Shown: positions 1 to 11,130, numbered from the stretch's first letter. The stretch is DNA of 64,000 bases from an uncultured Acidobacteriaceae bacterium (GCA_963786405.1 CAWAZE010000020.1:8089-72088), one strand, 5' to 3'. Program-made: numbers and translations. Notes: generated by a model from the letters alone, not told the origin.

Positions 1-142
1 GGGTCTTGTCCTCGGCGCAAAGGTTCCAATCATTCTCACCAGCCGCGCCGACAGTGTTCGCGCGCGCATTGCTAGTTGCGCAGTCGCCATGCTCGCAGCA
101 CACGCAAGGCGCGGGAAGCTTAGAGTCAATCCACAGGCTTGA
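1..142 (+). CDS. 3' end of phosphate acetyl/butyryltransferase family protein (partial)
   Basis: Frame from base 2 reads GLVLGAKVPIILTSRADSVRARIASCAVA...QA* (TGA 140-142); the GAxVPIILTSRAD motif is typical of the PTA/PTB C-terminus. Confidence 0.8.
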   Translation, partial: GLVLGAKVPIILTSRADSVRARIASCAVAMLAAHARRGKLRVNPQA

Positions 143-207
143 CACGGCGAGGGGCGCATCGTTCATGTAGTTTTTAATCCTGTGGCCCGTAGGACTACAC
201 TCGAAGT

Positions 208-435
208 ATGCCGCCGTTAGCAATGATGCAGATGAGATACGACGAGAACAGCGTCCCCGTCTCTGCGAAGTGTTCCATGTGCGGGGCGTTAATGCCTCAA
301 GGACAACCACGCATCGTCAATCCAATCGATAATGTTGCTTGGTTCACGACTCAATTCGACCTTCACGTTGCGCAGCATCATCCTCCGAATACTGCGCAGG
401 CTTTCCATGGTGGTAGGAAGAAACCAGCCTCCTAG
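208..435 (+). CDS. small hypothetical protein with possible C2H2-type metal site
   Basis: 75-aa ORF with CSMC and HVAQHH; TACACT (-10-like) 6 nt before the ATG. Confidence 0.55.
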   Translation: MPPLAMMQMRYDENSVPVSAKCSMCGALMPQGQPRIVNPIDNVAWFTTQFDLHVAQHHPPNTAQAFHGGRKKPAS

Positions 436-665
436 GGCCTGTTGCACCCTCTGGGGGTGACGGGGGCCGATTTTTGGCGCCGCTTACGAGGGCAGGTCGG
501 AACATCCGCGCTGAACATCGGTGGCCAACCACACCCGCATCGCGTTGGATCTGCGGGGTCTGGGTAAGACCGTATACCACTCAGAAACGTGACCTAACCC
601 CGGATTGCCTGTTTCAATGCGGCGCCGCTTCTCCTGACATCCCCACGTCCATTCGTTTGGACCTG

Positions 666-3600
666 CTAAAACATGAACTTCAATGCAAACTGCACCTGGC
701 GCGGAGTCCCCGCCGCCAGGATATGGTTGAATGTCGGCGAACTGATGTCGCAGTCGGGCAAAAAGAAGTTCGTGCGGTTCAGGATGTTAAACAGCTCCGC
801 GCGGAACTGGAGCTGCTTCGATTCGGTCACTTTGAAATTCTTAAGGGTGGCGAAGTCCCAGTTGGCATAAGCCGGACCGATATTCACGTTGCGGCCTTCC
901 GTGCCAAACTGTCCCGCGTTGGCTGTGGGATCAAGTCGCTGTAAAGCGCTGGAGTTAAGCCACTCGTTAACCGTACGGGGCCCGTGATTGGGGTTGCCGA
1001 CGAGATTGGGTCGCTGGGCGGAGAAACCGGTGATCTCCGGCGCGCTGCCTTGCGCCGCAACATCATTCGAGTCGAAGACGGTGAACGGCGTGCCGCTCAT
1101 CAACGTGGCAATGCCATTCAACTGCCATCCGCCTAACGCTGACTGGTACCAGTTCTGAGGATGGTTCCAGAACGGGAGCGCCCATACATAGCTCCCAACG
1201 AATCGGTTGCGCGCGTCGAAGAGCGACGGCCCACGCTCTGCTCTAAGATCGAACGGATTCTGGGCGAGATCGTTCTCGCCTGCGACTGGCTTTGCCGCCG
1301 ATCCGGTTATGTTGAATGACGAAACATCGTCGATCGCCTTAGACCATGTGTACGACAGGAGAAATGACAGCCCGTGGCTGAACCGCTTGTGTAGCGACGC
1401 TTCCAACGCGTTGTACGACGAATTGGCGATGCCAGCGATTTCGCCGGTAGATGAATACTGGCAACTGCTCGGCGAATCGGCGAGCGTGCAGCCGGAATAA
1501 AGCCGCCGTTGATCGGCATTGCTGGAATTCGAAATTGGCTGGCCGTCCACGGTTCCGGGGACGAACACGGCTGGATTCGCTTCGATAAAGCGGGGCAGGC
1601 GCGTTCCCTTGGTGCCGACGTATCCGATCTCGAACAGCCAATCGGCCCCGAACGACTGCTGCAGGTTCAAGTCCCAATCCTGCGTATAAGGAAGAGTCAA
1701 CGTCGGCGACAGCGTCAGGTTCGTGAGTGGCTTGGAAAATGTCCCTGGGGCCGGAGGATTGCCGTTGAACGGATCCGCGAAGTCCGGCAGGCTCACCTGC
1801 GGCGTCCCCAGGTACGGAGGCGCACTGATCGGCGCCTGCAAAGGTCCACCCTGTCCGGTGTAATAAGGCTCATAGAACATGCCGTACGCCGAGGTTATCA
1901 GCGTTTTGCCATTGCCGATCGGATCCCAGGCGATGCCAACGCGCGGCGCAAACGCCTTATAGTCGGTGGGGATCAGGCCGGCGGGAACCCCGGAATCGCC
2001 CGGATACAGCAAACCCGCCGGAGCATCCGGCATGACCGTGGACTGCTTCCCCGGCTCAAACAGCGATACCCGATTTCGAAGTTCGGTGGACGGCACGGGC
2101 AACTCGTAGCGCAGTCCGGCATTGATTGTGAATCGCGAGGCGACTTTGTACGTATCCTGCACGTACCCGTTCGCATTGTTGCCGCGAATATTGCGCGAGA
2201 AATCGCCGATGCCTTGCAGGAAGACGACAGGCTGCCCGGTGAGGAAGCTGGCGAACGCGTCGGTTACCGGGAATGGGGCGAATACGAAAAAGCCGTTGGT
2301 TGCGATCCCTTGCAGCACGTTGATTTGCTGATATTGGTATCCGCCGCCAAATTTCAGCGTGTGCTTACCACGCACCCAACTCAGCGATCCAGAGAAATCG
2401 AAGACGTTTTCGTAGGTGTCGCGCGGGCCGGTAATCGGATTACCGACCAGGGTGTAGCCACTCACCTGGATGAACGGCGGTCCAGTGGCAACATCGAGAC
2501 TCGGCGTGTATTGGAATCCAAAGCTCGAGGGTGGCTCATGGTTCTGAGACTCGCCGAAGAGGAACTTGTTGCGCAGAAACGAGAATCGCCCCACAGCGAT
2601 GAGGCTTGGCGAAAAAGCGTGCGTATCTTGTGCGACAAAGCTCTGCGCGCGCTGGTTTTCGGCCACGGGGAAGCCCGGTACGCTGGCGCCGCCCGGTGAT
2701 AACGGACTGAGCTGGGAGAGCTGGAAAAACATGTAACTGAAGTTCAGCGTGTCGCGGGGATTGAGGTAATCGTCGACCTTGATGCCGAACTGATCTGTAT
2801 CATTGCTTAAAATTTGCGTTGTGGCGAACAGATTCGTACCGGCGTTCGGAAGCGGGAAGAAGGGCAGCAAGTTGTGTGAAACGGGGTTGAACTGCTCCGA
2901 CGGCACCAGGTTATTCGGGTACGGTGCATTGGCGAAGACGTTGAAAAGCTGGTTCGCCGGGTTGTTGCAGAAGCCCTCCGTAAAGCCCTCAGGGCAGAGT
3001 TCCGAGAAGTCGCCGGCGCGCTCTTTCACCGATGGCACTGTAGTGAGCGCCGACACGCCTTGGCTATTGCGAAAGCCTTCATAGAAGCCAAAAATGAATG
3101 CTTTATCCTTTTTGATCGGCCCGCCCGCGGCTGCGCCAAACTGGTTTTGCTTCAACGGCTCCTGCGTCTGCGCGAAATAGTTGGTCGCATCAAATGCGTC
3201 GTTGCGCAGGAACTCCCATAGTGTCCCGTGAAGCCGGTTCGTGCCCGACCGAGTGATGACATTCGTCGTCGATCCTAGCGAGCCTCCGAACTCGGCATTC
3301 GCGCTGTGCGTGATGATGCGGAACTCGCTGATCGCGTCCACCGGCGGCTTAAGGACGAATCCGCCGTCAACTCCGTTGAAGTTGTTCGCGCCGTCAATGA
3401 GAAAGTTGTTTGATTCAGGTCGCTGGCCATTGACCGCATAAGCCTGTCCGTTGCGTAGCGACCCGCCCGCTTCAGCTATGCCGGGCGTCAAGGGAACGAC
3501 TCCAGGCTGCAACAGGCCAAGTTGCGAGAAGTTGCGTCCGTTCAGGGGCAGATCCTCCAGCTCCTGCTGTTGCACTACCTTGCCCATGCTGGTGACGGTG

Positions 3601-3977
3601 GGCTCAATCAGCTCGGCATCGGAGCTCACCACCACCTGCTGCTTTTCCGATCCGACCGCGAGATGAGGCGAGATCGAAGCCGTCTCATTCACGTTGAGCG
3701 TAATGCCATCCTGCATGTATTCCTGGAATCCGTTCGCTGCGACCTGCAGGTGGTAGTGTCCGACCGGGAGTTCCAGAAGGACGTAGCTACCGTCGCGATC
3801 GGTGGTCGTCGCGCGAGACAGGCCCGTTTCCGCCTGCCGTGCGGTAACCGCAGCGCCTCGAATGACAGCGCCGCTTGGGTCTGTAACGGTTCCGCGAATG
3901 TTTCCTGTGATCTGCTGAGCAGATAAGCTGATGCAAGAAAGTGCTACAAATGCCAGCACGCTGCGAACCATGTTCAT
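666..3977 (-). CDS. TonB-dependent receptor with N-terminal carboxypeptidase-regulatory-like domain
   Basis: Signal peptide, GTVTDPSGA start, LPLNGRNF motif, TRSGTN..HG..WEFLRN, C-terminal PRQVQFALKFMF outer-membrane signature; about 1100 aa, intact. Confidence 0.92.
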   Translation of the reverse strand: MNMVRSVLAFVALSCISLSAQQITGNIRGTVTDPSGAVIRGAAVTARQAETGLSRATTTDRDGSYVLLELPVGHYHLQVAANGFQEYMQDGITLNVNETASISPHLAVGSEKQQVVVSSDAELIEPTVTSMGKVVQQQELEDLPLNGRNFSQLGLLQPGVVPLTPGIAEAGGSLRNGQAYAVNGQRPESNNFLIDGANNFNGVDGGFVLKPPVDAISEFRIITHSANAEFGGSLGSTTNVITRSGTNRLHGTLWEFLRNDAFDATNYFAQTQEPLKQNQFGAAAGGPIKKDKAFIFGFYEGFRNSQGVSALTTVPSVKERAGDFSELCPEGFTEGFCNNPANQLFNVFANAPYPNNLVPSEQFNPVSHNLLPFFPLPNAGTNLFATTQILSNDTDQFGIKVDDYLNPRDTLNFSYMFFQLSQLSPLSPGGASVPGFPVAENQRAQSFVAQDTHAFSPSLIAVGRFSFLRNKFLFGESQNHEPPSSFGFQYTPSLDVATGPPFIQVSGYTLVGNPITGPRDTYENVFDFSGSLSWVRGKHTLKFGGGYQYQQINVLQGIATNGFFVFAPFPVTDAFASFLTGQPVVFLQGIGDFSRNIRGNNANGYVQDTYKVASRFTINAGLRYELPVPSTELRNRVSLFEPGKQSTVMPDAPAGLLYPGDSGVPAGLIPTDYKAFAPRVGIAWDPIGNGKTLITSAYGMFYEPYYTGQGGPLQAPISAPPYLGTPQVSLPDFADPFNGNPPAPGTFSKPLTNLTLSPTLTLPYTQDWDLNLQQSFGADWLFEIGYVGTKGTRLPRFIEANPAVFVPGTVDGQPISNSSNADQRRLYSGCTLADSPSSCQYSSTGEIAGIANSSYNALEASLHKRFSHGLSFLLSYTWSKAIDDVSSFNITGSAAKPVAGENDLAQNPFDLRAERGPSLFDARNRFVGSYVWALPFWNHPQNWYQSALGGWQLNGIATLMSGTPFTVFDSNDVAAQGSAPEITGFSAQRPNLVGNPNHGPRTVNEWLNSSALQRLDPTANAGQFGTEGRNVNIGPAYANWDFATLKNFKVTESKQLQFRAELFNILNRTNFFLPDCDISSPTFNHILAAGTPRQVQFALKFMF

Positions 3978-4356
3978 GTTGTTTTCGGCCTCTCCAGAAG
4001 ACTGAGCACTACAAACAGAGTGACGTCGTGGTTCGCGTGGAACCGGTCGACATGATGGCCATGACGTATGCGCCACAAAACGTGCGCATCGTCAAAGGCT
4101 CCATGAGTTAGAGAATGCTGGCGGGGATCACCAGGAGCAGGGCTCCGCCCAAGTTCAGGGGAAGAAATCGCGTGGAGGACTGCTCGGATGAACGGTAGTA
4201 GATAAGTCGATGCGCTGTCTTGCATCGGTCGATGGGTAGGTAACTCAATCCTTAGGTGGAGTCTCACCGTAATCAGCCCATGCCTTACGCGCAAAGTCTG
4301 CGAACTCGGCCAAACGCCAGAGGCGGATTTGCCTCCCAGAACCGAAGGCTTGGTCA

Positions 4357-5126
4357 CTATGACTGTGTCGCAGGAAACGGAACCAAACTCACCCGCGAAC
4401 CAGTGTTGTTCACCTGTTCCGCCATTCTTGCCGCGTGATGACGAGGAGTGCGATCTTCGGCAACCTGAACTCCACGGGATCTGAAGTATGTAGTGAGGTT
4501 CAGTGAAACCTGGGCCGCCCGTTCAAGCGGGATAAAGTGGCCAGAGTCGAGCATAATCAATTCGCGAACGAGTAATCAGTTCGGCCGCCCGGTAAGCAAA
4601 TGACTCCGGCAGAACATCGCGAGAACCGTGAATCACGAGCGCGGGGCAATCCAACGACTTGAGGAGCGAGGGGAAGTGCTGAAGAACAACCTCGGGCCTG
4701 CCCCAGCGCACGAGTCGCATGAGCTTCCAGGGACCGGCAATGCCTGAAAAGGTTTTGTAGAAACTGGCACGCTGAGAAGTGTTATGCGCATGCGGAATGG
4801 CCCGGCGCATGGCTATTTGCCAGAAAATCGCGTGCACCAGCGGGGCTGTGAGTTCGCCGAGAATGGGCTTGCGCAAAAGTTCGAGAAGAAAGAAGGGTTC
4901 CAGATCAGGGAATATGGCTGGCGACAGCAGGGCCATGCAGCCAACTCGCATGGGAAACTGGTGAGCATACTTTCGCTGGTCCCACCTCCGACAATTGAGC
5001 CGAAGACCATCGTCTTTGGCAAGGACAACTACTCAATCTTCTCGGCGTGACGCCGGTCAGCAGGTTGAGTTGCTGCGTCATTAGTTGGTTCGCGTAAGTT
5101 GTACTTCCATCTAAAGGATGATTCAA
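4357..5126 (-). pseudogene. degraded alpha/beta-hydrolase fragment
   Basis: Pieces in different frames: HQFPMRVGCMALLSP, PALVIHGSRD, DSGHFIPLE; N-terminal half and nucleophile elbow not recognisable. Confidence 0.5.
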
Positions 5127-5158
5127 AAGAGGGCAGGGGATAGGTAAACTGTCCGTCG

Positions 5159-6403
5159 ATGATCGCCATTCGTCAGAATTGCGCTACAAAACGCCTGAGC
5201 TTCGCATTTTGCGTGTTCATGGCCAGCCTTGTGATGCTCGCACTGGCGGCCTATCCAATTTACGTCATTCGTCCTTTTCGGGAACAAGACCCCGCGGCAC
5301 TGCAGCGTGCGCTCTGGGTGCTATTGCACAACAAGCCAATTATGTTCGGACTCTTTTTGTTGATTGCAACGCCAGCGATTCTTGCGTGGAGACGCTCCGG
5401 GTGGGTTGCGAAGCTGGTGCTCGGGTCAACTATCTGTGTCACTCTGATCGCGGCTGTTTCGGCATGGATCAACCCTTACGAACATATGTTCCACCCGTTT
5501 GGCGCGCCACAATACACTTCAATTGAACACGCCAGTCTCGATCCCTCCGACATGGTTATCGCGGTTACGCTGGGTGGAGATAGCCGCGCGTATGGAATTC
5601 GCGAGATGGGCTACCATCATATCGTCAACGACCGGCTACACCAATTGCCGATTGTCGTCACCTATTGAACGCTTTGCCATACGGGTCTGGTCTGGACCCG
5701 CAGCATAGACGGACGCGAGCTGCATTTTCACCTTGCGGGCATCAATAATCAGAATTTTGTGATGCGCGATGAGGAGACAGGCAGCTATTGGCAGCAAATC
5801 ACCGGAACAGCAATCGCTGGTCGTTTAAAGGGTAGGAAGCTCACTCTGGTTCCGCAAGATGAGCTCACGTTTGCACTCTGGAGGAAGGAACAACCGACTG
5901 GGACAGTTTTGGCGCCTTTGCCGCGCTATGCCGCAAAGTACGAAAAGGCGACGTGGGAGACAGAGTACGCGAAACTCCCGACTGTGATTCATGGCCCGAA
6001 GGGGACACTCCCTGACAGGGAAACGATCATCGGCATCGTGAACAATGGCGAGGCGAAAGCATATCCAATCGCGAATCTGACAGTTCAATCGCCAGTGCTG
6101 CTCGACGTTGTGGGCAACCAACCGGTAATGCTCGTGCTGGGTCCTGATGGAAAATCTGTGCGCGTGTTTTCGCGCGAAGTCGCTGGACGATCACTTGACT
6201 TCTACGGCGGCGGGAGTTCAGGAGATTCCTGGATGCTGATCGACACAGCGACTTTAGGCGAGTGGGGATTTGATGGCTGTGCTCTTTCTGGCGATATGAA
6301 GGGCCAGTGCCTCACGCGGATTGATGCGCTGAAGGATTACTGGTTCGATTGGCAGAACTACCATTCAGCACACGAGTATCTACCGGCACTGAATTTGGCA
6401 TGA
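5159..6403 (+). CDS. DUF3179-family membrane-anchored selenoprotein (Sec170, UxxC)
   Basis: ORFs 5159..5668 and 5759..6403 are in the same frame. Reading through TGA 5666-5668 gives PIVVTY-U-TLCHTG...NQNFVMRDEETGSYWQQ, matching DUF3179 VTYCPLC...VMYD..T.S.W.Q. Three N-terminal TM segments; hairpin downstream of the TGA. Confidence 0.88.
5675..5705 (+). promoter_or_regulatory. SECIS-like hairpin of DUF3179 selenoprotein
   Basis: CGGGTCT-GGTCT-GGACCCG (5682-5700) with an outer TGC/GCA pairing; loop about 20 nt after the UGA. Confidence 0.75.
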
Positions 6404-6483
6404 CGCCCGGCCCACGGTCTGGAAGGCTTTGGCCGCTGTCAATTGCTTTACCCTGCTTCGATCGCAAGTTGCACACGTTAAGC

Positions 6484-6578
6484 TGGCGGAAGCGCGTGTG
6501 AGTCGAACACACCGTCGCCCGTTAAGGACGACCGCCGGTTTTGAAGACCGGGAGGATCACCGGAGCCTAAGCACTTCC
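6484..6578 (-). tRNA. selC: tRNA-Sec (anticodon UCA)
   Basis: Reverse complement GGAAGTGC...CCGGT-CTTCAAA-ACCGG...long variable arm...GTGTGTTCGACTCACAC-GCGCTTCC-GCCA; 95 nt, extended acceptor stem, CCA end, adjacent to selD. Confidence 0.95.
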
Positions 6579-6649
6579 GTTTTATGACTCTCTCACATGC
6601 TACCTTGCCCTGGTTGCAAGGCACGGAGGGATGATAAGAATGGAAGGAC

Positions 6650-7724
6650 ATGGGCTTGGATCAGACACAATCGGTTCGCTTGACTCAGCAGGTGAAGGCC
6701 GGCGGTTGCGCGAGCAAGCTCCCGGCCGGATCTCTCCGCCAGGTGCTTTCCGGGCTTCCGACGCAGGCCGATCCAAATCTACTGGTCGGATTTGAGACTT
6801 CCGACGATGCCGGCATCTACCGTATCGGTCCGGGAACGGCGTTGGTGCAGACCGTCGACTTCTTTACCCCGCTGGTGGATGACCCATTCACCTTCGGTCA
6901 GATCGCGGCGACCAATGCTCTCAGCGATGTCTACGCGATGGGAGGCCGCCCGCTGACTGCTCTCGCGATCGTTTGTTTCCCGCAGGACGCCGCCCTTGGA
7001 ATCCTTGAGCAGATCATGCGTGGCGGCCTGTCGAAAATGACCGAGACAGGATGCATTGTGGTGGGCGGGCACTCGGTTCGCGATGCCGAAATGAAATTCG
7101 GTTACGCCGTCACAGGTCTCATCGATCCGGAGCGCGTTTACACAAACGCCGGAGCCATCTCAGGGGATATTCTCATTCTCACCAAACCCATCGGCACTGG
7201 CGTTATCACGACGGCACTCAAGCAAGGAAAGTCTGAACCAGCCTGGGTGGAGCGCGCCATTCGTTCCATGACAACACTCAACAGCACCGCCTCCACCATT
7301 GCGATTGCCTGTTCCGGCGTCCATGCAATCACCGACATCACCGGCTTCGGGCTCATGGGTCACGGCCGCGAGATGGCGTTTGGCAGTGGAGTCACGCTGG
7401 AAATCGAAACCGATCAGGTTCCTCTCATCGAAGGTGCGCTCGATGCGGTGGCGCGCCGGCGCGATTCCGGGCGGTCTGCTCGCCAATCGCGACTTTGCTG
7501 AATGTGTGGTCGCGGACTCTCCTGGGAGCCGCATTCCGGATGACCTCCGCGCTTTGCTCTATGATCCGCAGACATCGGGCGGACTTCTGATATCTGTTGC
7601 TGTCGAAGATGCGCCAACATTGCTCGCGGACCTCTTAAATGCCGGCCTTCCTGCCGCTACCATCGGGCGTGTCTCAGGCGCATTTACCCCGGATGCTGGC
7701 GCCTCTGCGATCCTTCTGCGATGA
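6650..7724 (+). CDS. selD: selenide, water dikinase (one apparent +1 indel near 7451)
   Basis: RLTQQVKAGGCASK, DDAGIY, VQTVDFFTP, NALSDVYAMGG, GGHS, TDITGFGL; C-terminus LYDPQTSGGLL lies in the next frame. Confidence 0.93.
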
Positions 7725-7751
7725 TCAGCTACTGAGTCTGAGAGTTCCGCG

Positions 7752-9194
7752 ATGGCAATTCACGATCTGCAACACGAGGACGAAACGCTTCAACAGCTCT
7801 TTCGAGCGCTGCCGTCAGTCAACGAAGTCTTGTTGATTCCCGCGTGCCGCTCTTTGCTCGATGCGCACCCGCGCGGCGCAGTGCTGCGTGCGGCCCGCGA
7901 GGCTCTCGCCGTAATGCGCTCAGAGATTTCCACCGGGCTGCATTCAGAATCGAGCCTGAAGCAAAGCATCGCCCTGCTGCCCGAGGAAATTGCCAATCGC
8001 CTCACAGCTAGTGCCTGTTACTCACTTCGCCCAGTCATCAATGCAACCGGCGTAATTCTCCACACCAACCTCGGCCGCGCACCACTGAGCGGCGGGGCTC
8101 TTCGTCACGTGGTTGAAGTAGCGCAGGATTACTGCAACCTTGAGTTCGACCTCGAAAGCGGCCTGCGGAGCCGCAGGGACGCCCACGTTGAATCGCTTGT
8201 GTTGCGCGCCTTGGGCACAGCAAGCGCGTCTGCGCCAGATTCCCATCGGCATGGCGTCATCATCGTCAACAATTGCGCTGCTGCTACGATGCTGGCCCTG
8301 AATTCGCTCGCCGAAAAGTCCGAAGTCATCGTCTCCCGCGGTGAACTTGTCGAGATCGGCGGAGGATTCCGCATCCCTGAAATTCTTGAGAAATCCGGCG
8401 CAATTCTCAAGGAGGTCGGTACTACCAACCGCACCCGGCTCGCCGACTATGAAGGCGCGCTCGGTCCCGGCACAGGTCTTCTGCTTCGCGTCCATCAGTC
8501 GAACTTCAGCATCGAAGGATTCACCGAACGCCCTTCGTTACAGGAACTGGTCGAGCTTTCAAAACGTGCCGGTATTCCCCTGTTTGAAGATCAGGGCACC
8601 GGCCTTCTGTCCTCGCTTGAGCGCTTTGGGATCAGTGGAGAACCCAGCTTGCTTCAGTCCTTTGAGAGCGGCGTGGATCTCATTGCCGCCAGCGGAGACA
8701 AACTGCTGGGCGGCCCCCAATGCGGCATCCTCGTGGGCAGAATCGATCTGATCGACCGCATCCGAAAGAATCCACTCCTTCGGGCGTTGCGGGTTGACAA
8801 GCTCACCTACGCAGCGCTCGAGGGCACGTTGCTGGAGCATCTCTCAGAAAAAACGAGTTCCATTCCCGTTGAACGCATGCTCGGTGTTCCGCCTGAGGAT
8901 CTGATGCGGCGTTGCCGCGAAGTCGCCGGGCAAATCGCTTCCTCACATTTGAATCTCGACGTGGTTCCTGTAAGCAGTCTTGTCGGAGGAGGCACCGCAC
9001 CCAAGGCTACTCTGCAAAGCTGCGCTATCTCTCTTCGGCACACATCCTTCCCTGCGGTGGAACTTCTTTCAAGACTTCGTAAGCTCGAACCACCCATCAT
9101 CGGCCGCATTTCAGACGACACAGTTTTGCTGGATCTGCGCACGGTACCTCCTGATTTTGACGAGGAGCTGGCTTCTCTTTTGACAAGCCTGTAG
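7752..9194 (+). CDS. selA: L-seryl-tRNA(Sec) selenium transferase
   Basis: VINATGVILHTNLGRAPL, VNNCAAA, SRGELVEIGGGFRIP, EVGTTNRT, PLP motif SGDKLLGGPQ. Confidence 0.97.
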   Translation: MAIHDLQHEDETLQQLFRALPSVNEVLLIPACRSLLDAHPRGAVLRAAREALAVMRSEISTGLHSESSLKQSIALLPEEIANRLTASACYSLRPVINATGVILHTNLGRAPLSGGALRHVVEVAQDYCNLEFDLESGLRSRRDAHVESLVLRALGTASASAPDSHRHGVIIVNNCAAATMLALNSLAEKSEVIVSRGELVEIGGGFRIPEILEKSGAILKEVGTTNRTRLADYEGALGPGTGLLLRVHQSNFSIEGFTERPSLQELVELSKRAGIPLFEDQGTGLLSSLERFGISGEPSLLQSFESGVDLIAASGDKLLGGPQCGILVGRIDLIDRIRKNPLLRALRVDKLTYAALEGTLLEHLSEKTSSIPVERMLGVPPEDLMRRCREVAGQIASSHLNLDVVPVSSLVGGGTAPKATLQSCAISLRHTSFPAVELLSRLRKLEPPIIGRISDDTVLLDLRTVPPDFDEELASLLTSL

Positions 9195-9236
9195 ATCGAG
9201 CAATCGCAACGCCCGTTTCTCATTGGATAACTTTGA

Positions 9237-11130
9237 ATGACCAATACGCCCAGCTCCATCGTTATCGGGACCGCTGGCCACATCGATCACGGCAAGACGA
9301 CGCTGGTCCGCGCACTCACGGGCATTGATACGGACCGCCTTCCCGAAGAGAAACGCCGCGGCATCACGATCGACCTCGGTTTTGCTTCCTTTGAACTCCC
9401 CACGCCGAACGGATATCCGCTCCGCATCAGCTTTGTTGACGTTCCCGGTCACAGCCTCTTCATACGTAACATGCTCGCCGGAGCTGGCTGTGTTCCAGCA
9501 GTCATGCTTGTTGTCGCGGCCGACGAAGGCATCATGCCGCAGACGGTGGAGCACCTCGCCATCTGCGATCTCCTCGGAGTCTCGCATGGACTGACCGTCG
9601 TTACCAAAGCCGACACCGTCAATGCCTCACAGTTGCAGGAGGTCACGGACTCGATCGAGCGGTTTCTGCAGGGAACGTTTCTCTCCAGAGACCATGCGCC
9701 TGTCGTGCCAGCCAGCGCAGCAACCGGCGCGGGTCTTGAAGCTGTGAGAGCAGAGCTACTGAACCTCGCTATGCGCACTCACCTCGACGCCTCGGATGCT
9801 TTGATCCGCATGCCGCTCGATCGTTCCTTTGTCATGAAAGGGTTCGGCACGGTGGTTACCGGAACCCTTATATCCGGAACCATCCGTGATGGCGAGACGC
9901 TGCACTTGCAGCCCGATGACCGCGCGGTCCGTGTGCGTGGCCTTCAATCACACGGCGAGCCCGTCCCATACGCGCAGCCCGGCTCGCGGGTTGCCGCGAA
10001 TCTCTCAGGAATCGATGCAACTCAGGTCCGTCGCGGCGAGACACTGGTATCACCCCGAACGCTTTCGTGCTGTGGATACTCTCGACGTTGAAGTGCGCCT
10101 TCTCCAGAGCGCGCCTGCGTTGAAGCATCGAGCAAACATTCACTTCCACGCATTCACTTCCGAGACCATGGCATCTGTGTCTCTCTACGGTTACGAAGCG
10201 GTTCAACCGGGATCCTTGCGTCTCATGCGCCTCAGGCTTGCCGAGCCAATCGTGCTGGTCCCCGGTGACCGGTTTGTCCTGCGGCAGCCCTCGCCTGCCG
10301 GCACCATCGGCGGTGGCCGTGTCCTCGATGCCCACCCGCTACCTCGGCAGCGAAAGTCTGCCACGCAAGGCTGGCTCGAACAGTTGCGTCCAGCCTCTCC
10401 AGCCACGCAGCTTTCACTCCGTGTATCCCGGCGCAACGCCAGCGGAATCACTCTTGACGCGCTCTCTGCTGAAACCGGCTTGACCCTCGATGCTATTCGA
10501 CGTCAGATCGGCCCAGCCATCGAATCAGGAGACATTCATCTCATTTCGAACAATCTGCTTCTGAGCCACGAAGCCTTCCTCATAGTCGCGCACGAAATCA
10601 CTACCCGCCTTCAAACCGTCGTGCGAATGAAGTCATCCGAGCTGCGCGGCCAGGCGGCCCTCAGTCATCCCATCTTTGACTTCGTGGTTAACTCCCTCGT
10701 CCATCAGAAGAAGATCCAGCTCCGTGACGAAACAGTCTCCATTTACAACGCTGGTGTTCCTGCTTCGAATCCGGAAAGCGACCGACTAGCGGCAATCGCC
10801 CATGCGTACGAGGAGTCCGGGCTCGCCGCTCCCTCCGTCCTGGAACTTGCCCATCAATTCAGCATAAAAGAGACCGACATGCGTCGCCTTGTTACAGCGC
10901 TGCAACGAGACAAGACCATCATTCGGATGGGCAGCAACGACTTGTTTGTCCACTCTGCTGCTCTTAGCCGACTCGCCGCGCAGCTTGCTCCACTTCGCGG
11001 TAGCCTGATGGATGTTGCTCGTTTCAAGCAACTGACCGGCCTCTCCCGAAAATATGCGATCCCCCTCCTCGAGTACCTTGACCGCCAGCGCATTACCCTA
11101 AAGCAGAACGACCAGCGCCTTATTCTCTAG
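9237..11130 (+). CDS. selB: selenocysteine-specific elongation factor (one apparent indel near 10053-10065)
   Basis: [29 protein letters not shown]; C-terminal winged-helix motif [14 protein letters not shown] in the second frame. Confidence 0.94.

Noticed and set aside
1509-2699. Long antisense or alternate-frame ORFs (also 17582-18556, 25202-26470, 29733-30833, 31860-33554, 36342-37796, 38109-39200)
   Set aside because: Shadow ORFs of high-GC genes on the opposite strand; no recognisable motifs.
5030-5040. In-frame TGA upstream of the hydrolase fragment (minus strand) as a fourth Sec codon
   Set aside because: Not in a redox motif, no convincing hairpin, and the surrounding gene is degraded.
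7440-10070. Programmed frameshifting in selD/selB as regulation
   Set aside because: No slippery heptamer or stimulator seen; same pattern as indel errors in unrelated essential genes.
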